DNA from: Ostreococcus lucimarinus | Taxonomy: Eukaryota | Reading direction: 5' to 3' (one strand) | Assembly (NCBI GenBank): GCA_000092065.1 | Contig: CP000593.1 | DNA: 64,000 bases | Shown here: in pieces, positions 1 through 8,297 of the stretch | How the letters are laid out: every line of letters starts with the position of its first letter | Position numbering within the stretch: position 1 is the stretch's first letter | The notes under the pieces: generated by a model | Database searches by the model: none | Told to the model about the DNA's origin: nothing | The model's input: the letters and a program-made list of their open reading frames with translations, nothing else | Position numbers and translations under genes: made by a program

Positions 1-137
1 GCGTCGAGACGCGTCGAAAAGTGACGTCGGGGCGTTCGCGCGACGAATGACGATGACGGCGAAAAGAAAGATTCTGATTCGAACGACAAAGAGCGCGCGG
101 TTTCGAACGCGCGCGAGAATCGACGCACGGCGAGCTT

Positions 138-938
138 TTAAGACGCGTTCGATCGACGCGACGCCGAGGGATCGGCGAACGCGCCCGGCACGGCCGCCAT
201 CGCGTCGCGCGCGCGCGCGTCGTCGAAGCCGAAACACGCGAGCACGCGAAGCGCGAACTCGAGCAGCGCCGCGTCGCACGCGTCGAACGCGGCGTCGCGC
301 TCGCGCTCGCCCGCGGCCGAAGACGCGAGGACGCGCTCGAGCGCCTCGAACGAGGCGCGACACGCGTCGAGGGTTCGAAAGACGTCGACGGATTCGCGAG
401 ACGCGGCGTCGCGTCTCGCCGCCGGTCCCGAAGTCGCGGATCGAGCCAGAATGGCCAGCGTGCACACCTCTCGCGCGTTCGAGTACATCTCCAGCGAATC
501 TCGCGGATTCGTGCAATCCAGCGTCGCGCTCGTCAATCGCTCGCGAAGCGCGGCGTCGTCGAGCGTCGCGGCGTCGTCGTCGAGTTCGCGCCGCAGCGCC
601 GCGAGTCGCCCGCGCGCGAGCGCGATCGGGCCCAACAAAAACCGCGCGTTCGCCGCCTTGCGCGCGTCCGCGACCGCCTCGAGCGGGTTCGCGCGCGCCG
701 CGAGCGCCGGCGCGAGCGCCGGCGCGAGCGCGAGCGCGCGCAGCGCGTCGCGTCGCGTCGTCGATGTCGTCGTCGTCGTCCGGTCGGCGCGCGCGACGAC
801 GCCGCGACGCCGCGAGCGACGCGCCGGCGCGCCGCGGTCGACGCGCGCGCGCGCGCGCGCCGTCGTCGCGCGCATGTCGCCCGCGATTCGTCGTCGAGTC
901 GACGAATGACGCGCGCGCGCGCGCATTCTCGCATGCAT
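138..938 (-). CDS. hypothetical protein, minus-strand ORF with a mixed-composition C-terminal half
   Basis: Track ORF 138..938(-). Residues such as LLEFALRVLACFGFDD and LEMYSNAREVCTLAILARS are not low-complexity. The overlapping plus-frame ORFs are pure Arg/Ser/Ala, typical of antisense of a real GC3-biased gene. No recognisable domain. Confidence 0.35.
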   Translation of the reverse strand: MHARMRARARHSSTRRRIAGDMRATTARARARVDRGAPARRSRRRGVVARADRTTTTTSTTRRDALRALALAPALAPALAARANPLEAVADARKAANARFLLGPIALARGRLAALRRELDDDAATLDDAALRERLTSATLDCTNPRDSLEMYSNAREVCTLAILARSATSGPAARRDAASRESVDVFRTLDACRASFEALERVLASSAAGERERDAAFDACDAALLEFALRVLACFGFDDARARDAMAAVPGAFADPSASRRSNAS

Positions 939-988
939 TCATTCGCGCGCGTTCGAACACTCCGCGACGCGCGTTCGAATCGCGCGCC

Positions 989-2116
989 ATGACCGCGTCG
1001 ACGCCCGCGAGCGCGTCGTCGTCGAGCGTCGCGGACGACGTCGAGCGGCTGCGACGAATCGCGCGCGACGCCGCGGAGAAGACGCACGACGTCTCGCGAC
1101 GGTTACGAATCGCCGAGTCGGCGCTCGACGACCTGCGCGGCGCGCGCGCGAACGCGCGCGTCGCGACGGAGACGGCGATCGAGATCAACGTCGCGAGAGG
1201 CTCGAACGACGCGTCCGAAGCGATGAAGAGCGACGCGCGGCGGACGATGCGGGCGACGCGCGAGACGCGGGCGACGTTCGGCGACGCGGGCGCGGAGGGC
1301 GAGGCGACGGTGAGGTTCGCGAGCGCGCGGGCGGATTATCTGGCGAACGAGGACGAGTACGAGGCGCGAGTGGTGACGCTGGAGAAGGTGACGTTCGCGC
1401 GGACGGTGCGGGAGACGGCGAACGGGGTGAGGGTGCGGGCGCGGGCGACGCCGTTCGGCGCGGAGGGCGTGGACGCGTGCCCGGGAGGGGTCGGCGGCGC
1501 GAGACGGTCGCACAGACTCACGGGATTCGGCGCGCTCGGGTCGAACTTGATCGAAAGATGCGAACAGGACAGCATGGGGGCGGTGTCGGTGGAGTACAAG
1601 GATAGGTTCGCGGCGCACTTGGGGGTGTTCACCGGGAACCGACAACCCGAGGACAACATGGGCAAGGTGCTCGCGCAGGCGAGCGCGAAGAGCTCGACGT
1701 CCACGCGCCACGTGAACTTCGCGGTGAACGCGTCGAGGTGTCAGAGCGGCGAAGCCATCCTGGGCGTCGCGCTGACGGTGGCGAAGACGCTGCCGAAGAC
1801 GACGAGAGCCGTCGTCGGTAACGCCTGGGGGCAAGTCGCCGTCAGGCAACCGAACGCGCGCGAGGATTTAACCGAGTGGGGGATCGCCGCGAGCGTGCCT
1901 CCGACCAAAGGCGCGGGACTGGTGAAGAACGCGGGATGGGGGATCGTCGCCGGCAAGCCCGCCAATCGCGGCGGCGTGCAAGCCGAGGCGTTCTTGCGCA
2001 TCGGTTCCGACGGCGAAGAACCCGGCTCGACGTTGATTCCGGGCGTCGTAATCTCCACGGATGATCGCGGACATCGCCAGACGACGCTGGCGTGTCGCGC
2101 GCACTTGCTGTGGTGA
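989..2116 (+). CDS. hypothetical protein of unknown function
   Basis: This is the 3-prime two-thirds of track ORF 47..2116. The first in-frame ATG with sensible downstream composition is near 989 (MTASTPAS...). High GC3 and mixed amino-acid composition (…VEYKDRFAAHLGVFTGNRQPEDNMGKVLAQ…). The 5-prime 940 nt of the track ORF is Arg-rich read-through and is rejected. Confidence 0.45.
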   Translation: MTASTPASASSSSVADDVERLRRIARDAAEKTHDVSRRLRIAESALDDLRGARANARVATETAIEINVARGSNDASEAMKSDARRTMRATRETRATFGDAGAEGEATVRFASARADYLANEDEYEARVVTLEKVTFARTVRETANGVRVRARATPFGAEGVDACPGGVGGARRSHRLTGFGALGSNLIERCEQDSMGAVSVEYKDRFAAHLGVFTGNRQPEDNMGKVLAQASAKSSTSTRHVNFAVNASRCQSGEAILGVALTVAKTLPKTTRAVVGNAWGQVAVRQPNAREDLTEWGIAASVPPTKGAGLVKNAGWGIVAGKPANRGGVQAEAFLRIGSDGEEPGSTLIPGVVISTDDRGHRQTTLACRAHLLW

Positions 2117-2208
2117 GTCGTCGTCGTTTAATAAGGTTGTCGTTTTAATAATCCAATTTTGTTTCGTTTCTTTAATACAGTTTCGTTTCGTCGTTTCGTT
2201 TCTCGTCG

Positions 2209-3054
2209 TCATTCGCTCGCGATGACTTTTTCCTTCAACCAATGCGGCTTTCTATCCGGCGCATTCTCATCGCTCTCGCGCAGCGCCTCGGCCTCGGCCT
2301 CGCGCTTGGCGTACGCTTCGGCTTTGACCGCCGCTTCGGCTTCGTAACGCGCGCGCGCGGCTTCGTCTTTTTGCCCGGTGAGCACCAAGTAGTGCGCGAC
2401 GGAATCGTAGCCCATCGCCAAACTGCGGCGATACATGGTGCCGGTCGGCGGGTATCCCTTCTTCGTTCTACAAAACGAGCAATTGCATATGTCCAAGCAA
2501 CTCGGACACCGCCACGCGTCGCCGCGAGCGATGACCTCCCGAATATTAAGTCCCTGCCGCATGTAGAGGCAGTCGCCGCAATACACCCCGCGCATCATCT
2601 CGCACCCCGCGCACGACGTCCGCAGCCCTTTCGTCTTCTGTCGGCACTGATGACAGCACTGTCCATTCACCGGGTCGTATATTCTGCGCCCTTTATCGTC
2701 GTAACCGTCCTCGAACAGCGTCCACGGCTCGGCCGCGCTTCCCAGAGCCTCCGCGTGCCGCGCTTCGTACACCTCCTCGTTGTACCGCACCTCGAACAAA
2801 TCCCGCGACGCGTCGTTCGGATCGAACGCTTCCGGTTCTTCGTTGCGCACGCGCCGCGACGCGCGCACGGGCGCGGCGCTGCCCTTATTCTCCTCGTTCG
2901 ACGTCCGCTCGAAGGCGTTCGAAAAGTTTGTTTTTTTGCGCTTCTTTTGCGCGTCGCGCGCGAGCGATTTCGCGTGCTCCAGCACGCCGAGCTGCGCCAT
3001 GCGTCGTTTGTTCGCCTCGATGCGCTCGAGGCGCTCTAACTCGTACGCGCTCAT
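2209..3054 (-). CDS. CDCA7-like protein with C-terminal zf-4CXXC_R1 zinc-finger domain
   Basis: Cys spacing CHQCRQK…CAGC…YCGDCLYMRQG…WRCPSCLDICNCSFC matches the 4CXXC_R1 domain of CDCA7/JPO1-family proteins. ATG at 3054; stop at 2209. Confidence 0.8.
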   Translation of the reverse strand: MSAYELERLERIEANKRRMAQLGVLEHAKSLARDAQKKRKKTNFSNAFERTSNEENKGSAAPVRASRRVRNEEPEAFDPNDASRDLFEVRYNEEVYEARHAEALGSAAEPWTLFEDGYDDKGRRIYDPVNGQCCHQCRQKTKGLRTSCAGCEMMRGVYCGDCLYMRQGLNIREVIARGDAWRCPSCLDICNCSFCRTKKGYPPTGTMYRRSLAMGYDSVAHYLVLTGQKDEAARARYEAEAAVKAEAYAKREAEAEALRESDENAPDRKPHWLKEKVIASE

Positions 3055-3101
3055 GGCGACGGACGAACGACGCGACGTGCGGCTTTGGAATCGCGAGCTG
3101 T

Positions 3102-3123
3102 CTTTGGAATTTTAAATTCCAAA
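3102..3123. promoter_or_regulatory. AT-rich 22-bp perfect palindrome CTTTGGAATTT/AAATTCCAAAG, preceded by a direct copy of CTTTGGAAT about 19 bp upstream
   Basis: Read directly: gctttggaatcgcgagctgtctttggaattttaaattccaaagcg. It lies about 50 bp upstream of the CDCA7-like ATG in a genome that is otherwise ~70% GC. Confidence 0.6.
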
Positions 3124-3815
3124 GCGACGCTCGGACGCGACGTTCAGACGCGCCGCGGCGATCGAACGACGGCGCGCGGGTTCGCGAACGCAAAACACAG
3201 CGTGATGATGATACAACAATATCGCGCTCGACGACGGCGCGTCGTCGTCGCGTCGACGCCGCGTCTCGCGCCGCGTCGTTCGTCGTCGCCGAAAATTCGT
3301 CGCCGAACGCGCGTCACGCCGAAAATCCATCCCGCGAATCGTCGCCGTCGTCGTCTCGCGCCTCGATCGCCCCCTGCACGTCCACCGCCATCGCGTACAC
3401 CGCGATCGACGCCGCGCCGTGCGTCGCGTACGCCAATCCGATCGCGACGCCGCGACGCGAGACGCCGCGCCGAGCCACCGCGAGCGTCGCGCACGCCGCG
3501 CTCGCGCACGCGTCGATCACCGCGCTCGCGCCGCCCGCGACGCGCAGCGTCGCGAGCGCGCCCTGGACGCCGCGCCGCCCGCGCGCGCTCGGGACGAAGA
3601 ACGTCGTCGCCGCGAGCGCGCCGAGGACGCCGGGCACGAGCGCGACGTACAGCGCGCGCGGCGCCGCGACGACGAGCGCGATCGACGCCGCGCCCCACGC
3701 GCCGACGAGCGGCGCGCTCGCGCTCCAGCGCGCGATGGCGCGACGCGCGAGCGCGTCGGCGCCCGCGCGCGCCGGCGCCGGCGCCATCGCGCGCGCGAAT
3801 GCCGACGACACAACC

Positions 3816-4787
3816 ATGCGCGACGACGACGCGGAAACCGGCGCGCGCGCGCGCGACGCGCTCGCGAGGCACGGCGAGGCGTTCATGGCGATGTTCGACG
3901 CCGACGACGACGGCGCGCGACGGCGACGCGGGCCGCGCGGCGCGAAAGCGCGCGATGGGTCGGCGCCGGCGGCGGCGAAGAAACGCGCGCGCGACGACGA
4001 CGACGCGACGACGACGCGACGCGCGCGCTCGACGGACGCGGTCGCGAAGACATCGCGCGCCGCGAACGGGTCGACGTCGGACGACGGGAAGACGATGGTG
4101 TTCGACGGACGACGGACGGTTTCGGCGGCGGCGGCGAAGGCGAAGGCGCGGGACGCGAGCGCGGCGAGCGCGAGTCCGAGCGGACGGCTGATCGATACGA
4201 AAAAGGCGCGAAAGGCGTTCATGAGCGCCGAGGCGGGGAAGGTGCTGAACGATGACGTGGTGAGAGCGGCGCGCGAGCGCGACAAGGACGCGGAGGATGG
4301 CGGCGAGGCGAGGTTCGGGAAATTTAGCGCGCTGCGGGAGGAGGTGCAAGCGTTCGGCGCGCGCGGATTGGCGAAGTGGGATAGGCAGGCGCTGGAAACG
4401 AAACGATTGGTCGAGCTCGGGATGAAGCCGAAGAAAGGACCGAGGATTCCGCCGACCATCGGCGTCGGGTTGGCCAAGGCGAACGAAAAGCGCGCGGAGA
4501 CGGCGAGGCAGGAGGCGTTCGCGGCTGGGTATAAGCTCGAAAAGAAGGCGGCGAAGAAGTCGAGCGATGCTGCGCGCGATCGCGGATTAGCGTGGGGGTC
4601 GTCGACGTTTAGTACCAGTAACGGGGTGATGAAGGTGAACAAGAGAGACATGGTGAATCACGACAAGTTGGTGGACACGAAGGCGATGCTGCGCGGCGAG
4701 GGCAGGCGGCCGCAGATGAAGTCGTCCGGGAAGAAGACAAAGAAAAAAGGCAAGGCAGTCAAGGCGGGGAGAAAGTCCAAGCGATGA
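3816..4787 (+). CDS. basic Lys/Ala-rich hypothetical protein (nucleolar-like composition)
   Basis: This is the 3-prime part of track ORF 2928..4787. In-frame ATGs are near 3732 (MARRASAS) and 3816 (MRDDDAETG). The C-terminus has a conserved-looking block LVELGMKPKKGPRIPPTIGVGLAKANEKRAE…GSSTFSTSNGVMKV followed by a poly-K tail. Family not recognised. The 5-prime part overlapping the CDCA7 gene is rejected. Confidence 0.45.
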   Translation: MRDDDAETGARARDALARHGEAFMAMFDADDDGARRRRGPRGAKARDGSAPAAAKKRARDDDDATTTRRARSTDAVAKTSRAANGSTSDDGKTMVFDGRRTVSAAAAKAKARDASAASASPSGRLIDTKKARKAFMSAEAGKVLNDDVVRAARERDKDAEDGGEARFGKFSALREEVQAFGARGLAKWDRQALETKRLVELGMKPKKGPRIPPTIGVGLAKANEKRAETARQEAFAAGYKLEKKAAKKSSDAARDRGLAWGSSTFSTSNGVMKVNKRDMVNHDKLVDTKAMLRGEGRRPQMKSSGKKTKKKGKAVKAGRKSKR

Positions 4788-4848
4788 GCCGATGAGCTTA
4801 ACTAGGAACTAATAGCGTTGTATTATCAAACACCTGTGTACGTTTCGA

Positions 4849-7800
4849 CTACGCCCCGGCTCGACGAATCGCGTCTTGACTCTGCGCGGGCAGACTGGAG
4901 AGCGTAGCTCGCACGCGCTGATCTTCGGCGCGCGAGAGCGCGATTCCTAATATTCGCGACGTGTCTATCGGTGCGAGCGCACCATCGGTGACCACTTCGG
5001 CTAAAATACCGACGATGCGAGTCATCGCGGCGTCGGCGAGCGAGGTTGGATTTTCCGTAATCGTCGACGCGAGCCAATGGTAGACGTCCGGGCCTTCTTC
5101 TAAATCGTTTCGCAAGGGTAGCGCGTTGAGAACGACATCAAGCAGTGCGGATGCGTTTTCGCGAGCATGACCGCCGTCGATGACTTGTAGCAAACGCGCG
5201 ATGGCGCCCACGGCGTTATCGCGAACGCCGCCGTCGGATTCTCGGTCCGCTCGCGTCATCGGCGCGAGTGCCTCCGCGATGGCGCCGTGGAAATCTATCG
5301 CGCTCGCACCACCTATTTGCGCCAGTATACCGATGCAATAAATACTGTTGCGCCTCAAACCGACGTCCAGAGACGCGACGTCACGCAAACACCTCGGGAG
5401 CGCAACGACGGCGCATCCCGCAGCGGGCGCACCGACGGCGCGCACCACCTCGACGAGCGTCGCGTAGCACAGTGAACGCTCGGTTTCGGTATGATTTTCT
5501 TCCGTGCGCTTCATCAAAGCGTTGAAGTGCGGCACAAAGTGCGTCGCGAACGTCTCTCCCATGTACATCGCGAGCGCAGGTAAGAGCTCGGCGACGGCTT
5601 CGATGACAACCAAGCCCGCTTCGACGTCTTCGTCTTCGTCTTCATCGCCTTCTTCGTCGCCTTCTTCGCTGTCATACCCATCTTCGACTTGACAGAACGT
5701 GTTGCCCTCTAGAATTTCCAAACTTGCCGCGGTGAGATCGATGACGTGCTGCGAGACGTCTACCCCGCGATGTTCTTTGAGAATGTTTACGAGAAGCGCC
5801 GCGGCTTCCACGGACGCGGCCACCGCATCCCGATCTTCGTCTTCTAAAACACAACGAATCGTGGCCGAGAGTGAGTCGTTCACCAGTTCTTTCGCGCCTT
5901 CGGGGTTGATGCTGAGTGCCGCGATCGTAGTTTGCGCGAGCGCAAGGTGCGCCTGCACGCGCACCATCTCGTGCATATAATCCGTCATGCCTCCGAGTAG
6001 CTCGGACGCCTTGGCGATGTACGGCGCGAATGCGCGAGGACAATGCGAAGCATAACAATTCAGCGCTTTGCACGCCGACGCTTTCTCGTCCATGACGCCG
6101 GAGCGAATGGAGTAACCCGCCGGCTTCCTCGTCATACCATCGGCACCGTCGCCGTCGCCGTCGTCGTCCGAATCCAACTCTTCGCGATCGGCTTCGTCCT
6201 CGCTGTCAAACATGATACCATCGTCCAGTTCGAGCGACGCGAACGCTTTCTGCGCGCACACGGCGAGGTAGCGATCGAAATCTTCCTTGAGCGCCTCCGC
6301 CACTTCGCCAAACAAGCCGTGGGCGTATTCCCGGAGCTCGGCAAAATCGAGCTCGAACCCAGAGAGCCCGGCTTGCATGGCGTTTTCCACGTGCGGTCCC
6401 ATGGCCTCCTTGCCACCTTCGGCCGAAATCAACATCCCCAGCACTTCTAACGCGCGCGCGCGAACGTTCAATTCTTCATCCGCCGTCAGAGACAAGCAAC
6501 GATCGAGTCTAGGCAAGAGTTCGCCCAAGTACGGATGCACCTTGTCCCCGCTCGACGCCGTCGCGGACGCGAGCGCCGAAAGTAACATCTCGCGCACGTG
6601 GCGCTTGGCACCGCTATCGAGAGCTAATAAGACTATGTCGAGCAAAGGTTTGACGTACACGCCGACTTCGTCTTGAACGTCTTCCAACCACGCATCCATT
6701 GCATACATCATGCGCTCTTGCACGCTCTTCACTTGCTCAACCGGAAGCGCGGTGAATAAGCTCGGCAGCACTTGCTTGTGCATGTCCGGGTCTTCCAACG
6801 TCAACCCAAGGTGCTCGGCAAACTGTCCGAGCGTAAACGCCGCCGCGCCTCGCACGGGTCCATTTAGATCGCTCAAGCGTCCGACCACACTCGGCACGAT
6901 GGTGCTCGCGTGCGCGCGCACGCCCTCGGCGCACCCTTCGGTGACGACGCCGAGCACGGCGACTGCGGCGTGACGCAAGCGGTCGTTCGATGCATTGTTG
7001 ATATTCGCCGCGGCGAATGACAGAACCGTCGGAAGGACATACTTTGCCGGCACTTTAAGCGCTAAAATATCAATGAGCTGACTCGCTACGGTTTGTATGT
7101 GCACCTCGTCTTCGTCTTCGAGATCGTCCTCGCCCGCGAGCTCGGCTTCCTTGGGCTCACCACACAGCGGGCACAACACGGCCAGCATCGGCTCGACAAG
7201 CTTAGACTTTGTCAGTGCCTTTGGTTTGTGACGCGCCATGTACGCCAGCACGTCTAACGCGCGTCGTCGCGCGCTCGTCCCGAGCTCGCGTTCCGCCGTG
7301 GCGACTTGAATGCAAAAGCCGACGACGGCGGGCACGTGTCCACTCAAAGCGCTCGTGCGACTCTCCGTGAGCGCATCTAGGACCTCAAACACGATCGATG
7401 CCGACTCTTCGTCTTCGTTCGACACCGCCGTCTTCGCCGCCTCGAGCACGTGCGGCACCAACGACTTTATCACCGCCACCTCCTCGGGCTCGCCCGACGC
7501 GTTCGCCACCAACGCCCCGACGGCGCGAAGCGCGCTCACCCGCACCTCATCGTGCGCGTCCACGAGTCCGTTCGCAAACAATCCCGCCAACGTCTTAAAG
7601 TGATGACTCAGCGAGCTCACGATCGTCTCCGTCAGGCTCTCGAACAACTTAAACGCCAACGCTCGATGCGCCGTCTCGGGCGAGCTCGCGCACTGTCCCA
7701 AAAATTCCAACAACTCGTTCCACTCCCCCTGCGGCACCGTCCAACGCGCGATTTTCGCGATAACGTCCAGCACCGCATTCCTCAGCGCCTTGCTCTCCGC

Positions 7801-8133
7801 CGTCATCGCTCGATCCAGAAGCGCTCGCTTCGCCTCGTCCCTCTCGCCGCGCGTCAACCTCGACGCGAACGCCCTCGGCGTGCACCTTCGCTTCACCGTC
7901 ACGCACGCCAGCGTTCGCACCGCCTCCGCGTCGCTCGCCGACATCGTCGGCACCGTCTCCGTCCAGCCTCCGCACGCGATCGCGAGCAGCGACTTGAGCG
8001 CGCCGTCCGCGCGCTTCACCGCCGACAGCAGCGCCGCCTCGCCGCGCTCGCGCCGCCGCGCGTCCGCGCTCAGCGCGTCGCCGAGCAGCGCGAGCACGCC
8101 CGGGACGGAGCAGTCGATCGCGTCCGTCGCCAT
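4849..8133 (-). CDS. importin-4-type karyopherin-beta (IPO4/Kap123-like), HEAT/ARM repeat protein
   Basis: 1094 aa. The N-terminal importin-beta region includes KLFESLTE. Long HEAT-repeat body with acidic insert; size and layout match importin-4. ATG at 8131-8133. Confidence 0.75.
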   Translation of the reverse strand: MATDAIDCSVPGVLALLGDALSADARRRERGEAALLSAVKRADGALKSLLAIACGGWTETVPTMSASDAEAVRTLACVTVKRRCTPRAFASRLTRGERDEAKRALLDRAMTAESKALRNAVLDVIAKIARWTVPQGEWNELLEFLGQCASSPETAHRALAFKLFESLTETIVSSLSHHFKTLAGLFANGLVDAHDEVRVSALRAVGALVANASGEPEEVAVIKSLVPHVLEAAKTAVSNEDEESASIVFEVLDALTESRTSALSGHVPAVVGFCIQVATAERELGTSARRRALDVLAYMARHKPKALTKSKLVEPMLAVLCPLCGEPKEAELAGEDDLEDEDEVHIQTVASQLIDILALKVPAKYVLPTVLSFAAANINNASNDRLRHAAVAVLGVVTEGCAEGVRAHASTIVPSVVGRLSDLNGPVRGAAAFTLGQFAEHLGLTLEDPDMHKQVLPSLFTALPVEQVKSVQERMMYAMDAWLEDVQDEVGVYVKPLLDIVLLALDSGAKRHVREMLLSALASATASSGDKVHPYLGELLPRLDRCLSLTADEELNVRARALEVLGMLISAEGGKEAMGPHVENAMQAGLSGFELDFAELREYAHGLFGEVAEALKEDFDRYLAVCAQKAFASLELDDGIMFDSEDEADREELDSDDDGDGDGADGMTRKPAGYSIRSGVMDEKASACKALNCYASHCPRAFAPYIAKASELLGGMTDYMHEMVRVQAHLALAQTTIAALSINPEGAKELVNDSLSATIRCVLEDEDRDAVAASVEAAALLVNILKEHRGVDVSQHVIDLTAASLEILEGNTFCQVEDGYDSEEGDEEGDEDEDEDVEAGLVVIEAVAELLPALAMYMGETFATHFVPHFNALMKRTEENHTETERSLCYATLVEVVRAVGAPAAGCAVVALPRCLRDVASLDVGLRRNSIYCIGILAQIGGASAIDFHGAIAEALAPMTRADRESDGGVRDNAVGAIARLLQVIDGGHARENASALLDVVLNALPLRNDLEEGPDVYHWLASTITENPTSLADAAMTRIVGILAEVVTDGALAPIDTSRILGIALSRAEDQRVRATLSSLPAQSQDAIRRAGA

Positions 8134-8297
8134 GGCGCGCGGCGCTCGATCGCCGGCGCGTCGCGCGACCGCGCGGCGTCGTCGAGTGCGGTCGGCGCTT
8201 CATCGCGGCCGCCGCACACGACGACGCGAGACGCGCGCGCGGCGCGACCGCGCCGACGACGACGCGACGACGCGACGACGCGCGGTGACCGTCGCGC

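Noticed and set aside
940-985. tRNA-like T-arm motif GCGCG-TTCGAAT-CGCGC (two copies of CGCGTTCGAA)
   Set aside because: No complementary acceptor stem, D-arm or anticodon arm could be built around it. GC-rich stems with TTCGAA loops arise by chance here. No tRNA is called anywhere in the window, though an unaided scan cannot exclude one.
47-988. 5-prime 940 nt of track ORF 47..2116 (MTMTAKRKILIRTTKSARFRTRAR… Arg-rich)
   Set aside because: The composition is almost pure Arg/Thr/Ala/Pro from CG-rich codons with no GC3 pattern. It overlaps a better minus-strand ORF (138..938). It reads as a frame artefact of GC-rich DNA, not an N-terminal extension.
3085-4349. Large overlapping ORFs 3085..4191(+), 3144..4349(-), 3314..4651(-), 3419..4255(+) with extreme Arg or Ser/Ala content
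   Set aside because: They lie out of frame or antisense to the frame that carries a GC3 bias and a conserved-looking C-terminal block (2928/3816..4787). The pattern is typical of spurious ORFs in ~70% GC sequence.
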